DNA of 64,000 nucleotides from Octopus sinensis (Eukaryota). Every line of letters starts with the position of its first letter. Positions within the stretch are counted from its first letter, which is position 1. Shown piece by piece: positions 29,499-40,699 of this stretch. The stretch is taken from positions 114,204,001 to 114,268,000 of the forward strand of contig NC_042998.1 in the NCBI RefSeq assembly GCF_006345805.1. Direction: 5' to 3'. The position numbers were made by a program, and so were the translations under genes. The notes beneath the pieces were generated by a model. It was not told the origin of the DNA, made no database searches, and saw only the letters and a program-made list of their open reading frames with translations.

Positions 29499-30213
29499 TA
29501 TATAATATATATATATATACTTAGAGGGAGTGCCCCAGTTTAAATTTATGGTCATTGTAAGTATTCAGGAAACAAATACAATTTGATACATTTCTTAACT
29601 AAGAGATGGGAGGAGACGCGATATGGAAGCAATCTTTTGAGATATGCCAGGATAACACTAGAGTTATTTCATAAAATATATATAAATAGAAAAGAGTTGT
29701 GGAGAAACAAAAAGGGTTGATGATATTTGCAGAAAGGGAGTTTTGTGGAAAATATATTAAAAAGTAACTTGTATATAACCAACATATACAAAACTGATGT
29801 CAAGAGGACCTGCGGGAAAGTGATGCGATCTATTAAAGGATTATAATTTATAAGTAGAAAAATCGTTGTTAGGAATTAGTGAAACATTGCAGAAAGCCTT
29901 ACGTTTTGCAAATGGTGTTAAATACGGTGCGGGAAAACAAAGAAATTACGTATATATAGGGAATGGTGAATAAAACACAATGTATTGAATGGAAAACAAT
30001 GTATTTCTGCGTCAGAAAATTTCCCTGTAAGGCGATGCCCAAGCACAAGCATATACAGAAACAAATATGCACTTACATATACTTCCATGCACGCACATAC
30101 ATAAATATTTAAATATAAGTATATTTCATAAAATATATATAAACAGAAAAGAGTTGAGGAGAAACAAAAATATATATGTGTGTGTGTATGCATGTATGTG
30201 TATATATTTATGT

Positions 30214-30985
30214 CAATATCAGATACCTGGGTGTAATTGTTGATGACGATCTCAGTTGGAGTGCACACATCAACAAGAAGGTCAATATAGCTCGTAGGAT
30301 GAGTTCCTGGATCTTAAGAACTTTCCGGTCCAGAGAACAAGGTGTCATCATACCACTTTTCTCCTCCTTTGTACGGCCATACCTTGAATACTGCTGCCCA
30401 CTGTGGTCTCCCCATACTAGACAAAACATCTCCAGGATTGAGTCACCCCAGAGGGCACTCACTAAACGAATTGAAGGCATGGTTGCCCTCGATTATTGCG
30501 ATCGCCTTAAAGCCCTAAAACTCTACTCTCTCCAGCGTCGCTGTGAGCGGTACATCATTTGTACGATGTGGAGAATATACCGCCAACTTTGCCCAAACGA
30601 CCTGAACATTAGCTTCAAGGTTCATCCAACACTGGGACCACGGGCCATACGTCCCCTGCCCAATTCAAGATCACAGCATATATGTACACTGCAACATAAT
30701 TTCTTTTCCTCAACAGGCCCTGTCCTATTTAACATTGTCCCGAAAGAGATCAAAGAGGAAAAGGATCCCATCAACTTTAAACGGAGTCTGGATAGATTCC
30801 TTCAAAGAATACCAGATATGCCATCCATAATTGGGTACAACTCACCCAACAAAAACTCACTACTTGAATGGACCATAAACAAAACTTGACTTAAACAGGA
30901 TTCGAATAATCCTATCAGGTGGTGCTATTAAGTTAGACATGGTCTGGACCAATCTTTGGTCGAAACATATCTAAGTTTATCTAAG
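30214..30985 (+). mobile_element. CR1-type LINE 3' fragment
   Basis: ORF 30176-30889 IRYLGVIVDDDLSWSAHI..FVRPYLEYCCPLWSP..IESPQRALTKRI..LKLYSLQRR; 3' UTR ends GAAACATATCTAAG. Same family as 46385-47295. Confidence 0.9.
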
Positions 30986-31043
30986 TTTATATATATATTT
31001 ATATATGCATATGCGTTTGTGTGTGTATATATGTATGTGTGTA

Positions 31044-31416
31044 TACTCTTTTACTCTTTTATTTCTTTCAGTCATTTGACTGTGGCTATGCTGGAGCACC
31101 GCCTTTAGTCGAGCAAATCGATTCCAGGACTTATTCTTTGTAAGCCCAGTACTTATTCTATCGTTCTCGGTTCTCAAGCGATGTGGGGGGGGGGGGGCAG
31201 ACACACAAACATATATGCACACACATACACACGTATATAAATAGACATATATACGACGGGCGTCTTTCAGTTTATGTCTACCAAATCCACTCACAAGGCT
31301 TTGGTTGGCCCAAGGCTATAGTAGAGACACTTGCCCAAGGTGCCACGCAGCAGGAATGAACCCGGAAGCATGTGGATCGTAAGCAAGCTACTTACCACAC
31401 AGCCACTTCTACGCCT
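31044..31416 (-). mobile_element. SINE family A, near full length
   Basis: Reverse complement of the 10790 copy from head to AAAAGAGTA tail, with an internal deletion. Confidence 0.88.
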
Positions 31417-32185
31417 ATATATATATATATATTATATATATATAGATTTATATGATTTATTGTTCCGTAAGATCAACAAAAAAGTTACTCCAGCTGGTGA
31501 GAGACAAATATTGTTATGATAAATATAGTATATATTTATATGAGTTACTAATAGTTTTATGCAACGAAAACGATTCAGACAGCGTATGTTGCTTTCACCC
31601 AATTCTCGGGCTATGCCCACATGACATAACAAGGTAAAAAAATAACGACGAAATAAGAGAAAATATGAGCAAAGGCGTAAAGAAAGTAGATGCAAAAAGT
31701 GTAAGGTTGGAAAACGAAAGGAAAATGTAGAAGAAAAAGGGGGGAAGGAAATGTGGAGAATGAGACTTATGTCTCATTGACTGCAAATTCATAAGCCTGA
31801 AAGCACAGGGGTCTAAATTCTGCGAGAGAGCCGCTCAATCCGGAGAGGGTAGCATTTTCCAATTTGACAACAGGAATTTACCCATATGTTTACATTCGTT
31901 TAAAATTCGAGATCTGGATTTTAGCACTGCTGTGCAGTACTCAGAGGTTAAAAATCGCTCTCGGTGTTTTATTGGATAAGTATGTTTTGTTACGGGGATT
32001 GTGTTGATTTTTGTATGTATGTATGTATGTATGTATGTATGTATGTATTGTATCTATCTATTTATATGTATATACATACAGATTTATGTATGTATATATA
32101 TATATATTATATATAATATATATATTATATAATAAATAAATAAAATATATGCATATATGCATACATATATGTATATACTTACATT

Positions 32186-32244
<59 letters not shown>

Positions 32245-32249
<5 letters not shown>

Positions 32250-32425
32250 TACAGGACACCACAAATAAACGTAGAACAAGAAGGAAACGGTCTTTTTTTA
32301 ACAACGAAAAAACAAGGAAACGGACTTTTTTTAAAACAACGAAAAAACAGAGTACAGGACAAACAATACAAGGAAAATTCCTCTTCATCAGCTGCCCCTG
32401 GTTCGACTCAATGCGTGTTTCGAGT
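32245..32425. mobile_element. Single arm of a (TA)n-anchored inverted-repeat family
   Basis: (TA)n-GAGTACAGGACACC..AACAACGAAAAAAC..CTTCATCAGCTGCCCCTG resembles the left arm of the 58975-59277 element. Confidence 0.65.
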
Positions 32426-33414
32426 GTGTGTGTGTCCTAATATGGCTTTTTTGTCTCATTTTATTTAACATACACATGCTCACAAACGACTCGATTTAGA
32501 TTCCTCGCTCATATTATTTAGCTTTAGATGAATTTGTGAGTTTCATGCCTCACTGTTTCTTGCCATTTCTTTACTTAATATTGGCTTGTCTTAGGTCGAA
32601 GAAAGAGTATCCAGTGCATTGACATTCACTCTAGTGACAGTTATTCAATTTTTGCCAAGATAATCAAATTTGTGGCCTTCAAACGCAAGGCTGTTGGAAT
32701 ATGTAGGCCAGACTGCGTATATACATACATGTGACTTGAAAGGCAGGTGTGTAAATCTATATACTGAAATATGTATATATATATATATATTCCTACATAT
32801 GTATGCATACAAGTATATATATTGTATAATATATATATACTTTTTATACGAGTGCGCACGTCTGTATATCTATATGCATAGATCAAGACGGGTTTATATC
32901 AGAAATGTCCACGCGCAGACAAGTGTTGTATGAACAAGCATTTATATACATAGTTTTATATATACAATTAGAATAAGAATGCTCTACACTTTATCCTCTC
33001 TTTCTATCTTTGTCCTGCTCTTTATCTCACTGTCTTCTCTGTCTGTCTCTCCTAAATGTATGAGTGTTTGTGTTTGCTATATGCATAGAATCTCTCAAAT
33101 ATATCTCTATGTAATTATATGAATCTCTCTGTCTCTCTATCTATCTATCTTCTTTCTATGTGGATGTGTGTGCATGAGTGTAATTAGACTTATATGTATA
33201 TATATACAATATATATATATATATATATAATTATATATATATGTGTGTGGTGTGTGTGTGTGTGTGTGTGTAATGTATGTGAATGTGTATGAGTATGTGT
33301 ATTTGTATATATATATATATATATAATAGAAAAAAAATTTATTAGCGAGTGAAAAATTTGATGTTTTTCAACACCATGTTTTTGGATTATTATATGTGAG
33401 TGTGTGTGTGTATT

Positions 33415-33494
<80 letters not shown>

Positions 33495-33636
33495 TATATA
33501 TATATTATATGTATATGTATATATAGGTATTGTGCCTATAATGGGTGTATAATATATATTATATATATACATAGGTACATATATATGTGTGTTTGTTTGA
33601 TATATATATATATATATATGTATGTATATATATATG

Positions 33637-33732
<96 letters not shown>

Positions 33733-34404
33733 AATATAATAGAAGATTTATTATTTATTATCAAGTAAAAACTGGATGTTTTTCATTCCCCAATTTTCCT
33801 TGGATTATACATATATGCGGTATACATACATACATACGTGCATGCATATACATGCATATATATACATCTATATATATACTTATATATGTGTGTGTGAGTG
33901 TATGTGCGTGCGTGTGTGTCTACATATGTGTATATATATATATGTATGTATGCATGTATATATACATATATACATATATATAAGTTTATAATTTAATTAA
34001 GGCAGTTTGTAGTTGTGCATACATATGGAGAGAAAAGGGGAACAGAAAAAGTGTAGCGATAGAAAGAATCGAAAAGACTGAGAGCTGAAGAATAAATGTA
34101 GACCAATTCTTCTTTTGTATTGTTTCTTTCATTACAAGAGATAAAGCTCGGGTTTTTTGGCAGTGGTTTACCCTTCAGAGAATTCTATGTCCAAAGATAA
34201 TTTCTCTTTTCTTAGAGAAAAATTATCACAGTTTGTTACTAAGTGATAATGTTTCCGTTCTGTTTATCATTTCTATGGAATATTATTGTGGATATATAAA
34301 CTGTTGATGTTATTGTTGTAAATATATATTTTCATAAACATATAGGTAAACATGCACGTACACACACATGTCTAAAGAGTTGGTGGATAGAAAAGAACAC
34401 ATGC

Positions 34405-34502
<98 letters not shown>

Positions 34503-34572
34503 ATGTATGTATGTATGTATATGCGGTGGTGTATTGAAATTGAATTTTTATTTATAAGCAGCTGCAATATGT

Positions 34573-34618
<46 letters not shown>

Positions 34619-34750
34619 TGTCTGTCTGTCTGTCTGTCTATCTTATATCTATCTATCTATCTATATGTGTGTTGTGTGTATGCACTTTTATCTATATGAA
34701 TTTTAATATGTTAAATGGGTGGATATTTAGATGCATGTATATATGTATAT

Positions 34751-34794
<44 letters not shown>

Positions 34795-35667
34795 TATATA
34801 GATATATAATATATATATAACTATATATATATTATATATATATATATAATATATATATAAATAGGTAGATAGATATATAGATATATAGATAGATATATAA
34901 TAGATAGATATATACAGGATGTACAAACACACACATTCATACGGACATATATATTTACATATACAAATGCACACACTTATATAATGAGAGAAAGATAGAA
35001 AGAGAGAAAGACAGACACATGTACATATGTATATATATACATATATATATACACACACATAGATTATATATATATATATAAATGCATATATATATATATA
35101 TACACACACATATACATATATATACATACATACATGCACACACACACATTGATGCATTTATGCATGTATGTATGTATATACATATACATACGTATCCACC
35201 AGAAGCTATGGTTATTATAGTGTGTGACATACTTCTGTAAGTCGCGCTTCTGTGTATGCGCTACTTTAATCTGGTATTTGTTGTAGGTTTAAAACTATAA
35301 GTTGCCGTGTACACCAGTCGAAGCGACTAACAAAATATGCTGCAGTGTTTATCACAGAATTAGATATAATGATAACTACTGAAACCACACACACACACAC
35401 ACGCACACACACCACACACACACTCACACTCACACACACACACACACACTCACACACATACACACACAGTGGCAAGCATGCATACACACACTCACACATA
35501 TACACACGCACACACATACAAACACGTACACATATTTATATAGATCAATATATAACTACATACATATTCATGCATATATACAATATGTGATAAATATATT
35601 ATACTTAATAAATGATATACATTATATATATTCGTATGTATATATATATATATATGTATGTATGCAT

Positions 35668-35950
35668 GAGCTCGAATCCCGGACCGGGCTGCGTGTTGTG
35701 TTCTTGAGCAAGGCACTTTATTTCACGTTGCTCCAGTTCACTCAGCTGTAGAAATGAGTTGCGATGTCACTGGTGCCAAGCTGTATCGACCTTTGTCTTT
35801 CCCTTGGATAACACTGGTGGTGTGGAGAGGGGAGGCTGGTATGCATGGGCGACTGCTGGTCTTCTATAAACAACCTTGCCCGGACTTGTGTCTAGGAGGG
35901 TAACTTTCTAGGTGCAATCCCATGGTCATTCATGACCGAAGGGGGTCTTT
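35668..35950 (+). mobile_element. SINE family D (CORE/Meta-like central domain), 5'-truncated
   Basis: TTGAGCAAGGCACTTTATTTCACGTTGCTCCAGTTCACTCAGCTGTAGAAATGAG central domain; tail GGTCATTCATGACCGAAGGGGGTCTTT; second copy at 51247-51467 (-). Confidence 0.82.
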
Positions 35951-36357
35951 TATATATATATATATGTATGTATGCATGTATGTATATGCATAGATATAGT
36001 ATAGACACATAGATATATACATAAACATGCATAAAATATATTTATATAAAGGATTCAATATGTGGTATATACTATAGTATTTACATACATATGCTTACAC
36101 ATGCATTTAGGCACACCTTTCTTCATACACAGGGATATGTGTCTGTCTGTGTGTATATATAAGCATACACAGAGCCACGCGCATCTGTATGTTAGTCTGT
36201 ATACATACAACCATATTTACGTACGTTTACACGTTAAAATACAATCACAAATGCGCAGAAAAACACACATGCTGACATGTGTTGCAAAACTGAGTCAGTG
36301 GCTTATAATTATCTGTATTAAGATGACTTGTATTTAAGAGAGCTGAATTTTCTCTTC

Positions 36358-36402
<45 letters not shown>

Positions 36403-36779
36403 AAATATTTAGTTCTCTATCTTTCTTTATTTTCTTCTCATTCTAGTGCTTTATTCTCGTCTCTGTTTGTTTCTTTTGCTGTCTTTCTTTTCCTTGTTCC
36501 TTCCACATCTATCTTTTTACATCATTGAGTCTTCCTCTCAGCTCAGCCATATGGCGATTTATCTCTGTCTGTCTGTCTGTCTGTCTGTCAGTCTGTCTGT
36601 CTGTCTCTCTGTTTCTCTCTCGGCTTTTAATTGTGTCTCATCAGAGATGTTTACATCACAAGACAAATATCCGAGGAAAAACTAGCCATTCTGTTCATAT
36701 ACTGTATACATCAAATCTAGTAGCTACAGAGAACGGGACCAACTAGTTTGCACACCATTATGTTTAACACTTTAAAGTC

Positions 36780-37511
36780 TAAATCTGACGATTTTTATGT
36801 CTCATCTCTTCAGGAAAAGCTTGATATGTTAGTGAACAGCCATAGGCGTTGGAGAGTATGAAGACTGCAGTTGTAGCTAAGAAACAAATAGCTGACATTG
36901 TGGTCTGGAGGGTATATTGATCTTTGAGGTATGTCTCCAGTGAAGGTGACATCGTGCCGACCCACATCTTTGAACAAAGCTCTAGCTTTAATTCAGACGG
37001 CTGGAGATTGTTCCTTCCAGGCACAACTCTCTCTAGATAGGGTTTACCTATCTAGAGAAGGTTGTGCCTGGAAGGCCATATGTGTAGCAAGATCCCTGCC
37101 ATAGCAGAAAGAGGCAGAAGTGAACGTCGGAGAATTTCTACAACTTTACCAGTCCAAATTTCTGGCTTCCTAATTCTCCCTATTGTAACCCCATGGGTTA
37201 CAATTTGTGGGGCACGCTTTAAAAAGTCACCAACTGCTCTGTCTGCAACACCATGGCCGAGATGGTGGTCAAGATCAAGGACGTGTTCGAAGATCTACCC
37301 AGGGATACAGTGGGGATACGCAAGCACCTGGTTCCGGAGCCGTCTTGAGGTCGTGGTGGAAACTGAGGGTGGTTACTTGAAGTAAACTGTTATCTGCCAG
37401 CATTAATCTAGTTGGTGTTTTTTGATTTTTTAAAATAATTATATTTGTGGATAGGATATTGAGTTTTCATGTACTTTTATGCAACGTTCAAATTCAACCT
37501 CAAACACACTG
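36780..37511 (+). mobile_element. maT/DD37D-like (Tc1-mariner superfamily) transposon 3' remnant
   Basis: Manual translation VSSEGDIVPTHIFE..GRPYV*QD..FWLPNSPYCNPMGYNLWG..FRSRLEVVVETEGGY matches the maT transposase C-terminus. Right end AAATTCAACCTCAAACACACTG followed by TA. Confidence 0.82.
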
Positions 37512-37715
<204 letters not shown>

Positions 37716-37894
37716 TTTGCAGTGTGTATACATAAATGCACACCTACTAAAGGAGTGTGGGAAAATATATGCACACACTCACACGCACGTGCGTCTTATT
37801 TCCAGCTAAGTAGAGCACCGTAAAGGTAGAATTACAAATAGAAAATACTGGTACAACAATGCACCGATGTTTGATGGAAATAGCAGTCGATAAC

Positions 37895-38158
37895 AGCTTC
37901 ACTGAAAATATACTGGCAGAGATGTGTGCGGGCAACGAATATAAAAAATTTTCGTCTTACCTCTAGTAAGAAAACCGGATACATGAGCAACCTAGAGTGG
38001 ATAATCTAGTACTCGAGTTTCGGACTTTCCTAATACGCCTGTTATCGTAAATCCGGTTAGTGCTCATCAGCTAGATTCCCCAAACACGAAATTTTTAAAT
38101 ATTCGTACCATCAATGCCAGAATATTCTGTAGGACCGCAGTATATATTCAGTGAAGCT
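37895..38158. mobile_element. Imperfect inverted-repeat element enclosing a hammerhead motif
   Basis: Arms AGCTTCACTGAAAATATACTG..ACGAATATAAAAAATTTTCGT (37895-37955) and ACGAAATTTTTAAATATTCGT..CAGTATATATTCAGTGAAGCT (38086-38158). Confidence 0.7.
38003..38077 (-). ncRNA. Minimal type I hammerhead ribozyme motif (GUA cleavage site)
   Basis: Minus strand: AATCTAG-CTGATGA-GCACT..(long stem II)..AGTCC-GAAAC-TCGA-GTA-CTAGATT. Perfect 7-bp stem I, full core, 2-bp stem III with palindromic TCGA loop. Confidence 0.85.
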
Positions 38159-38208
38159 AGTTTTACCACTATTTTCTTTCTCTCTCTCTTTATATATATA
38201 TATATATG

Positions 38209-38317
38209 AAATACAAAATGGGACAAGAACGCAAAACATCCGGACAACTAGGTGATTGATTGCTCCAATCTGGCCAGCACTCAAGGAAAAACTAAGCTAA
38301 GAGCTATTGTTATGTCC

Positions 38318-38361
<44 letters not shown>

Positions 38362-38660
38362 TTATTTTTATTGTATTTTGTTTTTATATTTGTGTAACAT
38401 CGTCTGTTTTTCCGTCCTTGTTATACATACGATGCTTTCTTCCAAGCGCTTAGTTTTCCTTGCGGCTGGCCAGATTGGAGCAATCTCAAGATTAATCAGC
38501 CGAAATTGCGAGGATGATCCGGTTTTTGACTAAGGATAGAAAGCTTCGAATGACCCGTACTTGTTTTTCTTTTTTGCATCGTCGATCTGGATGTTTTGTT
38601 GTCCCTTCTTGTATCACTTAGTTGTCCGGATGTTTTGCGTTCTTGTCCCATTTTGTATTA
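38209..38660. mobile_element. Long inverted-repeat element flanked by (TA)n on both sides
   Basis: 41-bp perfect outer TIR AATACAAAATGGGACAAGAACGCAAAACATCCGGACAACTA; inner IR GATTGCTCCAATCTGGCCAGC..AAGGAAAAACTAAGC / GCTTAGTTTTCCTTGCGGCTGGCCAGATTGGAGCAATC; internal (TTA)n. Confidence 0.85.
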
Positions 38661-38849
38661 TATATATATATATATATATATACAAAGTCAAATGCGATAC
38701 AATAAAATTAATTATTATCGCTGGTGTTCTAGGACACGCCATATATTATTCATATATAAGTACATTAAAAGGCGAAGTGTGTACTAGATACACAAAAGCT
38801 GGATAAATTTAATGAGATGAAAATTAAAAACTTTTACAAACTTAGTTTT

Positions 38850-38922
38850 TCTTAGACTGCAGTTTCGCCTATTTCATCAATAAAAATAATATTTATTTAC
38901 TCAGGTAGGCTCTTCAGTAAGA
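38850..38922 (-). ncRNA. Minimal type I hammerhead ribozyme, array copy 1
   Basis: Minus strand: TCTTA-CTGAAGA-GCCTA..TAGGC-GAAAC-TGCA-GTC-TAAGA; predicted cleavage between 38855 and 38854. Confidence 0.9.
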
Positions 38923-39253
38923 TTCCTGTTATTATGGGAAGCGCACATTAATAGAAGCACATGCGTCTATTAAATTGCTCTTTCTAAACTAATCAAATCA
39001 CTGCGCAGACTCAGAACGTACCCGACAAAATAGGGTTTTCTGGTATATCGTCTAACGCTCAAAAATTTATCGAGAAAATACGTAAACAAAGTCAAATGCG
39101 ATACAATAAAATTAATTATTATCTCTGGTGTTCTAGGACACGCCATATATTATTCATATATAAGTACATTAAAAGGCGAAGTGTGTACTAGATACACAAA
39201 AGCTGGATAAATTTAATGAGATGAAAATTAAAAACTTTTACAAACTTAGTTCT

Positions 39254-39326
39254 TCTTAGACTGCAGTTTCGCCTATTTCAGCAATAAAAATAATATTTAT
39301 TTACTCAGGTAGGCTCTTCAGTAAGA
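39254..39326 (-). ncRNA. Minimal type I hammerhead ribozyme, array copy 2
   Basis: Same core and stems as copy 1, shifted by +404. Confidence 0.9.
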
Positions 39327-39657
39327 TTCCTGTTATTATGGGAAGCGCACATTAATAGAGGCACATGCGTCTATTAAATTGCTCTTTCTAAACTATTCAA
39401 ATCACTGCGCAGACTCAGAACGTACCCGACAAAATAGGGTTTTCTGGTATATCGTCTAACGCTCAAAAATTTATCGAGAAAATACGTAAACAAAGTCAAA
39501 TGCGATACAATAAAATTAATTATTATCGCTGGTGTTCTAGGACACGCCATATATTATTCATATATAAGTACATTAAAAGGCGAAGTGTGTACTAGATACA
39601 CAAAAGCTGGATAAATTTAATGAGATGAAAATTAAAAACTTTTACAAACTTAGTTCT

Positions 39658-39730
39658 TCTTAGACTGCAGTTTCGCCTATTTCAGCAATAAAAATAATAT
39701 TTATTTACTCAGGTAGGCTCTTCAGTAAGA
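39658..39730 (-). ncRNA. Minimal type I hammerhead ribozyme, array copy 3
   Basis: Same core and stems as copy 1, shifted by +808. Confidence 0.9.
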
Positions 39731-39766
39731 TTCCTGTTATTATGGGAATATATATATATATATATA

Positions 39767-40326
39767 CACTACCGTCAGAAATTAATTAGCACCCTTGATT
39801 TGCTCACCATGAAGCATGGTGGGGGTGGTCTGATGGTGTGAGGGGCGTTCAGCTACAGTGGTGTTGGGCAGCTCTATGCCGTCGAAGGCAACATCAACGC
39901 AGCAAAGTACGTTGAGATAGTACGGGATACCTCATTTGTGGCGAGGAGTACGTGCTGGCCAGTCACCTGACCTGAACCCTATTGAGAACCTCTGGAGTCG
40001 ATTGGGTAGGGATTTGAATGTGCAGCAATACAGGAACCGACACGAGCTGTTTGGGGCACTTCTTGCTGCATGAGGGGGCCATCCCTGCACAGTACCTGCA
40101 GGCACTCATAGACAGCATGCCGACCCGCGTAGCAGCTGTCATTGCTGCCAAAGGAGGAGCAACAAGATATTGACTAAATTTCACGATTAATAACAATTAT
40201 GTGGTGTGCTGGGATATGTTTTAATAAATTTTTGATTAAAAACGAGTTCGTTTCTGATAATAAGTTAATTAAATTAAGAAAATGTAAGAAAATGTAGAAA
40301 GTGCTAATTAATTTCCGACGCAAGTG
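39767..40326 (+). mobile_element. Internally deleted Tc1 transposon
   Basis: TIRs CACTACCGTCAGAAATTAATTAGCAC / GTGCTAATTAATTTCCGACGCAAGTG with TA on both sides. Remnant TMKHGGGGLMV.GAFSYSGVG..SPDLNPIENLW..LIDSMPTRVAAVIAAKGGATRY* (stop at 40171-40173). Confidence 0.92.
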
Positions 40327-40699
40327 TATATATATTATGTGTGTGGGTGTGTGGGTGTCAGAGCAGTCGTTGTGACAAAACGTACTTTCCATAGCTTCGG
40401 CCAGTCAGAAGCCAAAGAAACAGATTTCAGCAGTAACTTTACTTGTTTTTAGTCCAAGAACCCTTGAATTCTACTATTCTACTATTTTACTTTCATCGGA
40501 GGATAAATTTACACAAATTTATATACAACCTGGAGAAACAAATATAACCTAAAACTAAACTCAAGATTAGTTCTAAAACTAGGCCCGTGAGTACAATTTT
40601 TTTCTCTTGATTTGTATTAAACACACCGCTTTTTTCTGATTTGTGCTAGATAGACTGAAATGTCTCACACACACCCAGATATAGCCACACATTTCCGAA

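Larger units (their letters stand above)
38682..39747 (-). repeat. 404-bp tandem array (about 2.6 units) carrying one hammerhead per unit; retrozyme/pLTR-like
   Basis: Unit starts ACAAAGTCAAATGCGATAC at 38682, 39086 and 39490 (period exactly 404). Only about five substitutions were seen between units. Flanked by (TA)n on both sides. Confidence 0.95.

Noticed and set aside
32380-32430. Type II hammerhead on the minus strand (GAAAC..GTC..CTGATGA)
   Set aside because: Stems I and III cannot be formed convincingly.
38682-39747. CRISPR-like or prokaryotic repeat array
   Set aside because: Eukaryotic context with long identical units and no unique spacers.
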